DNA of 64,000 bases from Alphaproteobacteria bacterium. GTDB lineage: Bacteria; Pseudomonadota; Alphaproteobacteria; UBA7887. Position 1 is the stretch's first letter. Each line of letters starts with the position of its first letter. Below are positions 21,746-32,477 of the stretch, one piece after another. Position numbers and translations under genes: made by a program. The stretch lies in assembly GCA_965216755.1 (NCBI GenBank), contig CBDCGL010000011.1, forward strand, positions 1,120,001 through 1,184,000, given 5' to 3'. The notes beneath the pieces are model-generated. The model did not search any database and was not told the origin of the DNA. It worked only from the letters and a program-made list of their open reading frames with translations.

Positions 21746-22851
21746 GCGGAGACGCGTTCACCCACGTCAACAGCATTGTATTCGCGTAAGGTTTCAAGCG
21801 GGATCTTTTCCGAATACGGAATAAGGCCGTCAGGATCCGCGTAGCCGACGCCAATACACATGATCGTCCTCTCGTCAGCGCTCAGCCCCAAGAGCGCGGA
21901 CATCGCTTTGTCGCGTGACGCGATATCCGGCCAATTTATGGGACAGGATGATAACCCAACGGTCTCAAGCGCTAACATGAAACTCATTGCCGCAAGACCG
22001 CCGTCGATATAGATCAAATGGCGATCCCTCTCATGAAAATAGGCGCGAAGTTGCCCAATAAGTACAACCAGGACAGGGATATTGTGACCGAACCCGGACA
22101 CACCTGGTGGCAAACTTGCCACAACGTCAACCAAATCCCTTTGGTCGAATACCCGGAATCTATAGGGCTGCCGATTACACGCCGACGGCGAAAGTGCGGC
22201 AATCTCTATCGATTTATCAATTAGCTCCCTTGGGACATGCTGTGGCCTGAACCAACGCACGGAACGTCTTCTGCTCGCAAGACCGTGCAGCATCTCAATC
22301 CGTATGTTTGTCTCCGGAACGGTATGCCGTCGATACGGAACACGGCGCGACATGTCGGGTTCAAATTCCGGAACGTCAGTATTTCGTCTAGCCAGGTAAC
22401 GGCTGCGCGCGGCCTCAACGATTGGGTGTTCATCCACATTCTCGAAATAATTCGCCAAAACATCCGACGCCCACCGCCGTTCTTCCGGATTGAGCGATTC
22501 ATTCCTCTCGAATGCCGATACAGCTTCGCCGATATAGTCCAATCCGAATGTCCGCCGTCGCGGCGCCATACTCAGTCCTTTTTCCAGTCGATGAATGGCG
22601 CGGCGCAAACAGTAGTTCGTCTGCTCTCCTCCCAACTGATTGTCGACATGGCGAATTCGACCTTCGATGACGGCCAGCGCCTCGCGATCGAAGGCGTCCG
22701 AGAGCAACACCAAATAGACTTTCGACAGCAAACGGCTCCTTGCAATCAACCGCAATCCGCGACCGCTCAGATCAAGTTTCATTTTTTTGAGTAACGCGAT
22801 CTGTGTCTTTGAGAGCACTTTTCTGACACAAGCCCTAATCCATCGCATCAC
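21742..22851 (-). CDS. Nitroreductase-family protein with N-terminal extension
   Basis: HRLEKGL, RRSVRWF, SPSACNRQP, IDGGL. Confidence 0.88.
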   Translation of the reverse strand: MMRWIRACVRKVLSKTQIALLKKMKLDLSGRGLRLIARSRLLSKVYLVLLSDAFDREALAVIEGRIRHVDNQLGGEQTNYCLRRAIHRLEKGLSMAPRRRTFGLDYIGEAVSAFERNESLNPEERRWASDVLANYFENVDEHPIVEAARSRYLARRNTDVPEFEPDMSRRVPYRRHTVPETNIRIEMLHGLASRRRSVRWFRPQHVPRELIDKSIEIAALSPSACNRQPYRFRVFDQRDLVDVVASLPPGVSGFGHNIPVLVVLIGQLRAYFHERDRHLIYIDGGLAAMSFMLALETVGLSSCPINWPDIASRDKAMSALLGLSADERTIMCIGVGYADPDGLIPYSEKIPLETLREYNAVDVGERVSA

Positions 22852-22942
22852 GGCAGGAAGTCCCCCAGTTCAACGCCCAGACCGACCAGGTAGGTCGCGG
22901 CACAACTCGTTCGAGCCAACGTTCTTGCGACAAAGCACGCGC

Positions 22943-24244
22943 CTAGGGAAGCTCACCTCCGGCAATGGGCGCGACGTCCGACGATGACAGCTTCAATTCC
23001 TTGTCAACAACGCCGGCGCTGCCTTGATAAGAAACTGCGGCGCGCCTGGGCGATCTTCCTCGTCCACGACTGCGAACTAAATCTACCCACCGCGCCCGAT
23101 AGTTTTCGACTGAATTATAGGTAACAAATCGTTGCGATGACACGTCGGGCATAAAGGTCGACGAATTCTCTATCGAGCTCGTGATCGCCTTCGCAAATAT
23201 CTGATGGTTTCTCACGTCGCACACATCGCCCAGGTTGTATTGGCGCACCATCTCACCTATCCAACCAAATTCCGAACCCAGAACCGGACGCTGCGCCGCG
23301 GCCGCCAAAATAACGACACTCGCGGACCCGATATGGCGCGGGTACGGCGCACACACAACATTGACGCTTTGCAATGCAAGCTCCAAAACCCGATCGTCAA
23401 CGAAATCATCGATCACCACGATACGGCCCTCGCGGATCCGTTCTCGGTATTCACCTTCCAGTAAGCACCTCACTTCTTGGTCGGCTCGACCGACGAGCAA
23501 CAACCGATCATCTTCCCTTAAGTCCGCGTCACAGAACGCCGAAAGCAAAAGGTCAATCCCTTTCCTTTTCGTCAACGTGCCGACGCACCCTACATATCGC
23601 CCCCCGATTGGAATACCTAGAGCGCGGCGCGCGGTGATTGTGTCCCGAGGTTGCATTGCATCAACTGGATCGGGCATGAGCGAAAGCTTGTTGGACAGTT
23701 TAGGCATATGCTCATTGATGTAGCGAAAGACAATTGGGTCCAAATGATGAACACGCGACCAAGGCCCACAGGCGACTGCCAAACGCATATAGTTTTTCGA
23801 CAACCAAGCGGCAGCGTCCCCCTGTTCGTACGCAAAACGGCCGCCAAGTATTAGGCACTCCCCATCCACTGCGCGCGGCAACGCGCGCCAGCCGAAAGCA
23901 CCCATCATGCCGGCTAACTGCGCAACACCGTCGGCATCAACGACAAAAACATAATCCGGGCGGAGGTTTATCACAGCACGCCGCAACGAGACCAACCGAA
24001 CCACAGCTCGAAAATATTTCCGTTTGGCGCCACTCGCCATGATCGGGTGGATGTTCAGCTCACCCGCATATCTCGACAGCTGTGTCTCAAATTCCCTCGA
24101 GCTCAAGGCACCTTGCGGAATTGCAACATCAACACCGAACCCGAGGTCGCGAACGGCAGGAATAAGTCGTCGCACGAAGGCTAAACCATGCCCATGAGCC
24201 GAAAACGCCGCGATCAGAATGCGCAACTTTTCAGCGTTCCACAT
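22943..24244 (-). CDS. Glycosyltransferase (GT-B/GT4-like)
   Basis: GHG near the N-terminus, GTLTKRKGIDLL, AAAAQRPVL; first gene of the operon. Confidence 0.8.
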   Translation of the reverse strand: MWNAEKLRILIAAFSAHGHGLAFVRRLIPAVRDLGFGVDVAIPQGALSSREFETQLSRYAGELNIHPIMASGAKRKYFRAVVRLVSLRRAVINLRPDYVFVVDADGVAQLAGMMGAFGWRALPRAVDGECLILGGRFAYEQGDAAAWLSKNYMRLAVACGPWSRVHHLDPIVFRYINEHMPKLSNKLSLMPDPVDAMQPRDTITARRALGIPIGGRYVGCVGTLTKRKGIDLLLSAFCDADLREDDRLLLVGRADQEVRCLLEGEYRERIREGRIVVIDDFVDDRVLELALQSVNVVCAPYPRHIGSASVVILAAAAQRPVLGSEFGWIGEMVRQYNLGDVCDVRNHQIFAKAITSSIENSSTFMPDVSSQRFVTYNSVENYRARWVDLVRSRGRGRSPRRAAVSYQGSAGVVDKELKLSSSDVAPIAGGELP

Positions 24245-24625
24245 TTCGCCAAATATTCCTCAACTACTTACCGTACGCGCGCTTGCGGAAATATCACATT
24301 GTGGCGCCATCGCCACGACTTCACCGCATGCCCGCAAAGACAGCTGATAGCATACCACATCATCACCGTCAGGCACGCGCCAAAATCGCATAAATATCAG
24401 GTTATCGGCATGTCAACAATTTGTTACGCAACCGCCAAGATTAGCGCAAAATCGACCCAGAATTGTTCCCGATTCCCGAAACTTTCTCAAAACTTTCAAC
24501 AACTTGTAGACTTCTGTACGGCGCTGTCCGTAAGCTTGCTTAAAATTGTCACTGGCTCCTATCTCCGCTTTGGCCCTAGCATGAGAGCCAGAAGTCGGAA
24601 GAGTGATTGAGGCTGAACGAAGCTA

Positions 24626-26059
24626 ATGAAACCGATAGCAACCGAGCAAATGGCAGCAACACTGCCCCTTCCGAAGGTCATTCTGCCGGCCCTCACAGAG
24701 GCTATGGCTGGACGTTTGATTTTTGTTCTCGATGTGCTGACAATTATCGCGGTTTTCTACGCCACTTTTCGGTTTCGCGGCGCCCTAGGGAGCCCCAGCA
24801 TAAACTTCCTCGCATCCGCCGGGTTTTCGGTCGCCGTCGTGTGGATGGCGTTTTATGCCATCGACGCTTACCGAACTGTACACCGGTTCGCGGCACTGGA
24901 TTACGCCGTCAGCCACGTGGTCGCCGGCATAATCGCTTTTACCCTTGCCTTTTTGGTCATTTATGTGTTCGCGCGCAATGGCTCGGTCTTTTATCAAAGC
25001 CGGGGCAGCTACTTGGTCGCAGCGGTTATTTTTCTTCCTCTGTCGCTCTACTATCGGCGCATGTTCGCAACCTGGCTGTCCCAACATGTTGGTCAACGTT
25101 GCGTCATTTTCGTCGGGCCAAACGACGAGGCACAACAATTTCGCCGCGACCTTTCGGTCAGCAGCCCCCGTCAATCGGTTCATGTGGTACCACTGGACCA
25201 CGGCACACCAAATACAGAGTCTGATTCCGGACTGCGCCTGCGCGCTCGGTTGGAAAACATTTTCGCGGCTGAAGCCCAAAACTGCGACACGATCGTCGTC
25301 GGGTCGCGGATCCAGGATTTGGCCAGTGATTTGATGTCCGCGCTTGTTGAGCTGAATGTCATGGGCGTACAAATCCTACCTATTGACAAATTTTATCAAC
25401 ATCGCTTGCATAAAGTCTGCAAGTCAATCGTGAGCGAACACTGGCTACTGTGCGGCGGCTTCTCCGGCCGACAGGCGTTGGTCACGTCGAACGTCAAACG
25501 TGGCGTCGACATTGCTTTCGTAGTTCTGGCTTCCGCCTTGGTGCTGCCGATCCTCGGTCTGATTGCCTTAGCAATCAAGATCGAGGGCGGCGGCCCGATT
25601 TTGTTCTGCCAAACGCGAGTCGGCATTGGAGGGAGCGCGTTTAAGTTGTATAAATTTCGAACCATGCGCACAGACACTTCGTTTCAAGATTTGTACACTC
25701 GCGAGAACGACCCGCGCATCACGCGGGTGGGCAATTTCCTGAGGAGATTTCGATTTGACGAGTTGCCGCAGCTGTGGAACGTCCTGCGCGGCGAAATGAG
25801 CTTGATCGGCCCTCGTGCCGAGTGGGATATCTTGGTCAACCAATATGAGCGCGCCATTCCTTATTACAATTTCCGACATCTGGTGCGCCCGGGCATCACC
25901 GGCATGGCCCAAGTTTTCTTTCGCTACGGCGCCAGTGTGGACGATGCGGAACAAAAGCTTGAATATGATCTTTACTATGTGCAGAACTATTCATTGCTGC
26001 TCGATTTCAAGATCTTGTTGAAAACAGTATATGTCGTGTTCAGTTCCAAAGGACTGTGA
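24626..26059 (+). CDS. Priming polyprenyl-phosphate sugar transferase (WcaJ/WecA-type)
   Basis: 4+1 TM; KRGVD, KFRTM, DPRITRVG, DELPQLWNV, RPGITG, DLYY. Confidence 0.93.
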   Translation: MKPIATEQMAATLPLPKVILPALTEAMAGRLIFVLDVLTIIAVFYATFRFRGALGSPSINFLASAGFSVAVVWMAFYAIDAYRTVHRFAALDYAVSHVVAGIIAFTLAFLVIYVFARNGSVFYQSRGSYLVAAVIFLPLSLYYRRMFATWLSQHVGQRCVIFVGPNDEAQQFRRDLSVSSPRQSVHVVPLDHGTPNTESDSGLRLRARLENIFAAEAQNCDTIVVGSRIQDLASDLMSALVELNVMGVQILPIDKFYQHRLHKVCKSIVSEHWLLCGGFSGRQALVTSNVKRGVDIAFVVLASALVLPILGLIALAIKIEGGGPILFCQTRVGIGGSAFKLYKFRTMRTDTSFQDLYTRENDPRITRVGNFLRRFRFDELPQLWNVLRGEMSLIGPRAEWDILVNQYERAIPYYNFRHLVRPGITGMAQVFFRYGASVDDAEQKLEYDLYYVQNYSLLLDFKILLKTVYVVFSSKGL

Positions 26060-26093
26060 CGACTCCGAGACCGGCACAAACGGACGAGACCGT

Positions 26094-27539
26094 ATGGCAT
26101 CGATGGGCGACCTATCCGCCACTCTTGCGGCGGCGCCGGCGGCAGGTACACGCACGCGTATCGACGCGCGGACGGCTGAAATACCACACGGGTTTTATTG
26201 TCTGCTGCTTTTGGTTCTATTATTGCCACTTCCGATTGGCTCGGTCTCCGAACTTGCATCGGCTTTCGTCGGCCTTTGCACCGCGGGGCTGCTGATCCAT
26301 TGGTGCGTACGCGCGGCGACGAATCGCGCGCCAATTGCATTGCCACCGGACGCCATGGTCACAGTCATCGTCCCATTCGCACTAATTGCGACCTGGGGCT
26401 ACGTTCAAACGATACCAGTTTCGCCAACATCATGGCACCATCCCCTGTGGCAAGAAGCGGCCAAGGCGTTGGGGCAACCGGTGACCAGCGCCATAGCTCT
26501 CACGCCGGACGACGCCTTGACATCGTTGATGCGTTTGCTGAGCTACGGAGCTATCTTTTGGCTCGCGCTTCAGTACGGACGCGACGCCAGAGTGGCCAAA
26601 CGTGCGCTTCAGGGTCTGGTTTTGGCCGGCCTTGCCTACGCTGCGTATGGCTTGTTCATCTTTCTCGGCGGGAATGATCTGGTGCTTTGGTACGACCGAC
26701 CACAGCACGGTGTCCTGTCGAGTACATTCGTCAATCGAAACAACTATGCAACGTATGCCGGTCTCGGCCTGCTCGCCGCCACAGCCGTTCTTATTCGCCT
26801 TTTCAGCCGGGTCCGCATTGAAACGGGCGGCCCCCGCGAACAGCTGAAGCGGTTGGTCGAGGCTTTGACGGCGCGCGGCTGGATCGTGCTTCTGGCATGG
26901 CTTTTCATTGCGACCGCCCTGCTGTTGACGAAGTCGCGCGGCGGGTTTGTTAGCACGCTGCTTGGCTTGGCCACGCTGGTCGGAGTTGCAGCTTTCGCAC
27001 CGGCCCTGAACATTCGGGCGGGCGGGCGGGCGATGTTGCCGATCGCCGCCGCGGGGCTGTTCCTGTTTATATTCAGCGGCGACCAAACGGCAGAACGTTT
27101 GGCGGCAACAACATTGGAAAATGAAGACCGCCTTGAAACCTATGCCACGACAGTCCAAGCAATCCGAGCAAACCCCTGGTTCGGATATGGCTTGGGCAGT
27201 TTTGAGGATATTTTCAGACACTATCGCCCCAGCACGTTCTTGTTGCCGATAGACAAGGCCCATAGTGATGTTCTTGAAACCATGCTTGATGTGGGCATTG
27301 TCGGTATCATCATGTTTGCGGCCTTGTTTGCCGCACTATTCACCAGATGCTTGATCGGCGCGTATCGGCGTCAACGCGACGCGATCTATCCCTGCCTAGG
27401 CGCCGCGGCCACGGTACTGGTCGTTACGCATGCCGCAGTCGACTTCAGCCTTCAAATTCCAGCCGTCGCCGGCACTTACGCATTTCTCATGGGAATAACT
27501 TGCGCGCAATCTTGGAGTCATCGGCGGCCGGCCAGATAG
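26094..27539 (+). CDS. O-antigen ligase family protein
   Basis: Multi-TM; FVNRNNYA, SRGG, GYGLGSF, AHSD, DFSLQIP. Confidence 0.88.
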   Translation: MASMGDLSATLAAAPAAGTRTRIDARTAEIPHGFYCLLLLVLLLPLPIGSVSELASAFVGLCTAGLLIHWCVRAATNRAPIALPPDAMVTVIVPFALIATWGYVQTIPVSPTSWHHPLWQEAAKALGQPVTSAIALTPDDALTSLMRLLSYGAIFWLALQYGRDARVAKRALQGLVLAGLAYAAYGLFIFLGGNDLVLWYDRPQHGVLSSTFVNRNNYATYAGLGLLAATAVLIRLFSRVRIETGGPREQLKRLVEALTARGWIVLLAWLFIATALLLTKSRGGFVSTLLGLATLVGVAAFAPALNIRAGGRAMLPIAAAGLFLFIFSGDQTAERLAATTLENEDRLETYATTVQAIRANPWFGYGLGSFEDIFRHYRPSTFLLPIDKAHSDVLETMLDVGIVGIIMFAALFAALFTRCLIGAYRRQRDAIYPCLGAAATVLVVTHAAVDFSLQIPAVAGTYAFLMGITCAQSWSHRRPAR

Positions 27540-27661
27540 CATGTCCGTTAGGTTTCGGGCCACCCATCGGCACCAAGATCTTCGTGCAATGACACCGCAG
27601 TCCAATTGTTTCGTGCACCCTCCGAACATGCGGAACCAATTCTATGTCGTCGGAAAATTCT

Positions 27662-28378
27662 CTAGCTCTCATTGATTTCGTACTGTGTCTGGATGTCGTT
27701 CCAAATAAGTTCAAACGCCACAAGATCTTCCGAAGACGTGGCAAACGCCGCACGGATCACATCAGGGCGATTTAGATCGTACGCCAGCGCGGCCACCGCC
27801 TCGCGCGACAATGACCATGCGATCCAAATGTCTTCATGACTCAATTGTTGAGCTTCAACAGATAGATGGTCCCAGGTCGCCAAAGCAAGTTCCAGACGAA
27901 TATCGCACAGATAGGGTTCGTGCGGTCCTGTCCTGATCGACATTTCCAGTGCGCGCCCGACCGCGTCCGATGGACCATCCGCAACATAGCGTGCAAATGC
28001 CAAGCGGGCCCAAGCAAACGGACGACTTGGCGCCAACGCCAATCCTTGATGCAACAAGTCAATCGCGCGCAGCAAGTGTTCCCGATCCAGCGCCCCATAT
28101 CCGGCCTTGGTTTCAGCAAGAACCAAATGCGCCAGCGCCAAATCCGTGTAAGTCCGGCCACTATCGACCCATTTGAGTGCATGATTGCGGGTCTCGATGA
28201 GAAGTTCCAGCGGTGACTCGGCGACGGCATCTCCGTTTTGCAAGTCAACTAGAGGGCTCTCTCCGGGCAGCGACACGAACTCCGCCACCAGTCGGGGAAT
28301 AGCCAATGCGGCAACCACCAAACCAAGACCCGCGGTTAACGCGACGACAGAAAAGTCACGATATGTTGCAGAGCGCAT
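27662..28378 (-). CDS. Membrane-anchored TPR-like protein
   Basis: N-terminal TM; helical repeats such as AIDLLHQGLALAPSRPFAWARLA. Confidence 0.7.
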   Translation of the reverse strand: MRSATYRDFSVVALTAGLGLVVAALAIPRLVAEFVSLPGESPLVDLQNGDAVAESPLELLIETRNHALKWVDSGRTYTDLALAHLVLAETKAGYGALDREHLLRAIDLLHQGLALAPSRPFAWARLAFARYVADGPSDAVGRALEMSIRTGPHEPYLCDIRLELALATWDHLSVEAQQLSHEDIWIAWSLSREAVAALAYDLNRPDVIRAAFATSSEDLVAFELIWNDIQTQYEINES

Positions 28379-28593
28379 ATTTGGGCAAACAGTCTGTTAT
28401 CGGATCTATGCTGTCTCAAGGTGACACAAGTCGCCCGCGAAGGCTTACCGCGCACGTGGGGCATTGCAGCCGATCTCGCCGCCGACAGTCGCACAAGCCG
28501 CAGCGGGCCCGGCTGCAAGTGATTACCGGGCCCGCCTACGGTTCGAGTCATGAGTCGATTTGTCGGTGCTATCGTGCGGCCAATACCACCCGT

Positions 28594-29028
28594 TTACCAG
28601 GGGTTCGGTTTTGACCACACTGCGCCACCCCAAGCGGCTTTCTTGCCATGCACATTGTGCTTCGGCGGGAATTTCTGCTTGATGTCCTTTTTGAGCTGTT
28701 TGATTTCGGTTTTGATTTGACGAAGCAAAACCGTAATCGTCTTCAAACGCTGTTGGACCTTTCTCAGCAGACCAGGTTTAACCGGGCTCTTGACATGATG
28801 CTTGGCGTGCTCGGCCGTTTTCTTGGATGACCCGCGCAAGTATTTCGGTATGGACGAGTAACCCTTGGCCGACGACCATTTGCCCATGTTGTGAGCACCC
28901 GCAGCAGCCGCAGAATCGATACTGGTTGGCGCAACGAGCAACGACAATGCCACCAATGGCACGACCCATATCGGGAACAGCATGCCAAAGTATCGTGTCA
29001 AAGCTCTCAATTCGTCCTCCAGATTCAT
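28594..29028 (-). CDS. Small Lys/His-rich secreted protein of unknown function
   Basis: Signal-peptide-like segment, cationic body, heptad helix; start uncertain (GGAGG precedes an internal TTG). Confidence 0.6.
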   Translation of the reverse strand: MNLEDELRALTRYFGMLFPIWVVPLVALSLLVAPTSIDSAAAAGAHNMGKWSSAKGYSSIPKYLRGSSKKTAEHAKHHVKSPVKPGLLRKVQQRLKTITVLLRQIKTEIKQLKKDIKQKFPPKHNVHGKKAAWGGAVWSKPNPW

Positions 29029-29252
29029 GGCGTCGTTCCGTTGTACTAAGAACTATAGCTGCGCTAATCGACCTTATCCAGGGCCAAACATGGTCTTGCC
29101 TGTGACAATTCCAAGCCCAAGCCAGACACTGTATGTAGTATCCGCGTTTGGCCCTAATCCCAAGACCTGTGAATGCTTCGGCGTTTCATCCACAACCAAG
29201 TGTCGCGGCCGATAGGGCGTCGCCGTCCCTATCAAACCGCTTCGTTCGTATT

Positions 29253-31529
29253 TCACTCAGTGTAATATTTGTATGCTGACCCGTAGTAACTCGATGAATC
29301 GCCGTAGCCATATTGTGCATGCTTTTTAACATCCACCAACGACAGCACCGCGCCGGCCACGTCGCCGCCGGCATCAATTAGCCGTTTCACCGCCGTGTTT
29401 GCTGTTTCGCGTCTTGTTTCCGCCCAACGCACGACGAAAACAATCTTGTCGACCAAACGGGCCATGGCGACAGTATCAGCGACAGCCATCACCGGGGATG
29501 TGTCGATAATCACCATGTCGAACATGTCCGATAATTGGCTCATAAGTTCCTTCATCTGCTCGGAACTCAGGACGTCCGGCGGGTTGGGCGCCGGTGCTCC
29601 GGCCGATATGAACCGCAACCCCGTGGCCGTATCGGTTTGCATTACATCCTCTAGCGAGGCGCCGCGCGAAAGGTGCTCCACCAGCCCGGGCCGTGGTTGC
29701 AATTTCAGCAAAGTGTGCGCGGAAGGTTTGCGCAGGTCGCAATCGATCAGAACCACACGCCGTCCAAAGCGGGCCAACATACGACCCAATGACACCGCAA
29801 CCGACGTTTTCCCCTCGTTAGATACAGCGGATCCGATCAGCACGACCTTCGGCGGGCGATCCACGTCCGAAAGCATCAGATTTGTATGCAAACTTCGTAT
29901 CGCTTCACCGAATACCGACGCGGGTTTCTTGAGAATATAGGCCTCTGGCGTGCCCCGCAGCCGGCCCAATTTGGTCAAGGCCGGGATAAGCCCCAAAGGT
30001 GCCACCCCCATTGACTCCTCAACTTGTTCGGAACTCCGGTATCCCTGATCAAGATTTTCAACAACATAGGCAAGTCCAACGCCCAGCGCACTCGACCCGA
30101 CAAGGACAAACAACAAGAGCAACTTCTTGTTGGGATATGACGCACCTCGCGGAATCGAAGATTCTGATATGATATACGCATCGGGCTGCTCAAACCCTTC
30201 TTGTGCGCCCGTCTCTTTGGACCTGAGCAGGAATGTCTCGAACAACGTTCGATTTGCATCGGCCTCGCGCTGCAGACCGCGCAACTTCACTTCTGCATTG
30301 TTGAGTCGAGCAACGTCCTGTTTCAGCGCGGCCACGCTGGTGCCCAACGAGTTCTCCCGCGCGCGCGCAACCGCCACTTCGTTCCGAAGACGTTCGACAA
30401 TTTTGTCGACTTCAATGGCAAGCTGAGACCGCATATCGTCTATCTCCGCCCGCACATGCATCATTCGTGGATGGCGTTCCCCAAACTCTTCCGAAAGTTC
30501 GGCCTGCTTTCGTGTGAGTGCGGCCTGTTCTTGTCGCAACCGTTGGATCAAGGGTGAGTCGAGAACCTCACCTACAGCGCCGATTGCGCGCACGGTACCG
30601 CCGCCCGCAAGCAAAACTTCGACCTGCTGCAAACGCGCTTCCGCTTCCGCGCGCGCCGTGCGCGCGACGACCAACTGAGAAGCAAATTCCGAAACCTCCT
30701 GGGCCGTCAATACGACATCTTTGCCTGCAATCAGTCCCGCCTTCTTGCGGTAGGTTTCGACCGCGGCTTCGGAAACTTCGACCTTAGCGCGCAGCTCTTC
30801 GAGCCGCTCGGTTAGCCAGAGGTTTGCCCGTTCGGTCGCGTCGAATTTTGCTTCCAATTGCGAAACGATGTAGAAATCCGCAACAGTATTCGCAACATTT
30901 GCGGCGACAACAGGGTCCGTCGATTCAAACGATATTCGGATCACGCGTGATCGCCCGACCGGCCCAACGCGAAGTTTGCCTAGAAATCCGTCGACAATGT
31001 TGTCCCAATTCCGTTGGGCCAGTTCCTCCGCCGACAACGTTGGCCCCACTGGATCGGAAACGACAAACGCCGACAGCCACGCTTCAGGTAAATATGTCGC
31101 CGGGTCCGTGTAGATATCGAAGCTGCTCGGCTTGCGGAGCGTCGGATTGAATTCTGCCATTTTCTCCAACCCGAGTTTTTGTATGGTGCGAGTCGCCAAA
31201 TCGCGTGACCGAATGACTTGGACCTCGCTCTCAATCGTTTCGATATCGGCTGGCAATCCCGACAACACGGCATCAACATCAACCACGCGCTCGCGATCAG
31301 AATCGATACGCACAAGCGTGTGCGCCGTATACCGAGGCGTGAGTTGAGAAATAATCAAAATCGCAAACCCGACCATGACGCAAACCGTACCCACGATTAT
31401 TGCCTTGCGCCGCCACAGCTTTCGCAATGTTTCGCGCAAATCCATGGTCGTATGTTCGAATCGCGACGTGACGAACAGGCTACCGTCACGCGCGTCGCGC
31501 TGATGGGCGTAATCCGGCGGACCTTTCAT
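29253..31529 (-). CDS. wzc: Wzc/ExoP polysaccharide co-polymerase tyrosine kinase
   Basis: Two TM flanking a coiled coil; SAVSNEGKT, IDCDLRKP, IIDTSP; C-terminal Tyr cluster. Confidence 0.95.
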   Translation of the reverse strand: MKGPPDYAHQRDARDGSLFVTSRFEHTTMDLRETLRKLWRRKAIIVGTVCVMVGFAILIISQLTPRYTAHTLVRIDSDRERVVDVDAVLSGLPADIETIESEVQVIRSRDLATRTIQKLGLEKMAEFNPTLRKPSSFDIYTDPATYLPEAWLSAFVVSDPVGPTLSAEELAQRNWDNIVDGFLGKLRVGPVGRSRVIRISFESTDPVVAANVANTVADFYIVSQLEAKFDATERANLWLTERLEELRAKVEVSEAAVETYRKKAGLIAGKDVVLTAQEVSEFASQLVVARTARAEAEARLQQVEVLLAGGGTVRAIGAVGEVLDSPLIQRLRQEQAALTRKQAELSEEFGERHPRMMHVRAEIDDMRSQLAIEVDKIVERLRNEVAVARARENSLGTSVAALKQDVARLNNAEVKLRGLQREADANRTLFETFLLRSKETGAQEGFEQPDAYIISESSIPRGASYPNKKLLLLFVLVGSSALGVGLAYVVENLDQGYRSSEQVEESMGVAPLGLIPALTKLGRLRGTPEAYILKKPASVFGEAIRSLHTNLMLSDVDRPPKVVLIGSAVSNEGKTSVAVSLGRMLARFGRRVVLIDCDLRKPSAHTLLKLQPRPGLVEHLSRGASLEDVMQTDTATGLRFISAGAPAPNPPDVLSSEQMKELMSQLSDMFDMVIIDTSPVMAVADTVAMARLVDKIVFVVRWAETRRETANTAVKRLIDAGGDVAGAVLSLVDVKKHAQYGYGDSSSYYGSAYKYYTE

Positions 31530-32477
31530 CGCACCTCACGTCGCTTTAGGTAAGAACAGGCATTGGCACTACACATCGGCACGAATTCGGCGTGTTTTTT
31601 TAGAGCCATACGAAAAACATACCCTATCTAATTGTTAACTAACCATCTGTACTCACTCTAATGAGTATTAGGCTGCGGTTCTGTCATCAAAATCCAGCCC
31701 GGAATTGGGGCCACACCGCAATTCGTGCGGTGCCCATGGCACTACCGGTTTCGCCACGCGATTGACATTGTGCGCGGCGACGACCCGCGTGATACCCATG
31801 CGGCAACCACCATCACGAACATGATGATCCGCGGGACCACGCACAATCCCGCGGGGAAACAAGCAGTCGGCACACCGTTGGCTACTCGCCGGCGCAACAT
31901 GTGACGACACGAATCTGCAGCTGATGGCCGGGCGGGCGCATGCATCCATTCAATCCATCGGGGCCCACGTTGCCGCGAGAGCACAATTCGTGTCCACTGC
32001 GCAACAGCCGGCATGGCAGTACCGACTATCGCGGATCCCACTGTCAAAGACGTGATGCCTGAAACAGCTTGCGCTGTTTCGCGGCCCCTCCCGTAGGCGG
32101 TTACCATAATATATCTTGCCGTAACAACTCAATCGATTCATCGCTATCGAGTCTGAATTTGCCCCCATTGTTTGTTGGCGGTCCGACCGGATTTGACAAA
32201 ACAGTTGTTTTTAAGGGCAGAAATCGGTCTGGGTACAAAGCGCGGGTGAGCAGCACTTTCAATGATGTTCGTCCTGAACAATAGCGCCACAACAGAATGA
32301 TATCTAATTGGTCACACCCCGTTGCAAATGTCGCATGCACAGCCAAATACCGCAGTTTCTAGCGCGTCGGTTGTTGCCCCAGCAATCACACGATGTGACA
32401 ACATCCGATGTGATCTAACTAACGGCGGTTGCGAGACAATTATGTGCCTCGGGGGCGATATATTTTGGACCGGCCTA

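Noticed and set aside
31668-32346. Short ORFs upstream of wzc
   Set aside because: Mutually overlapping and without motifs.
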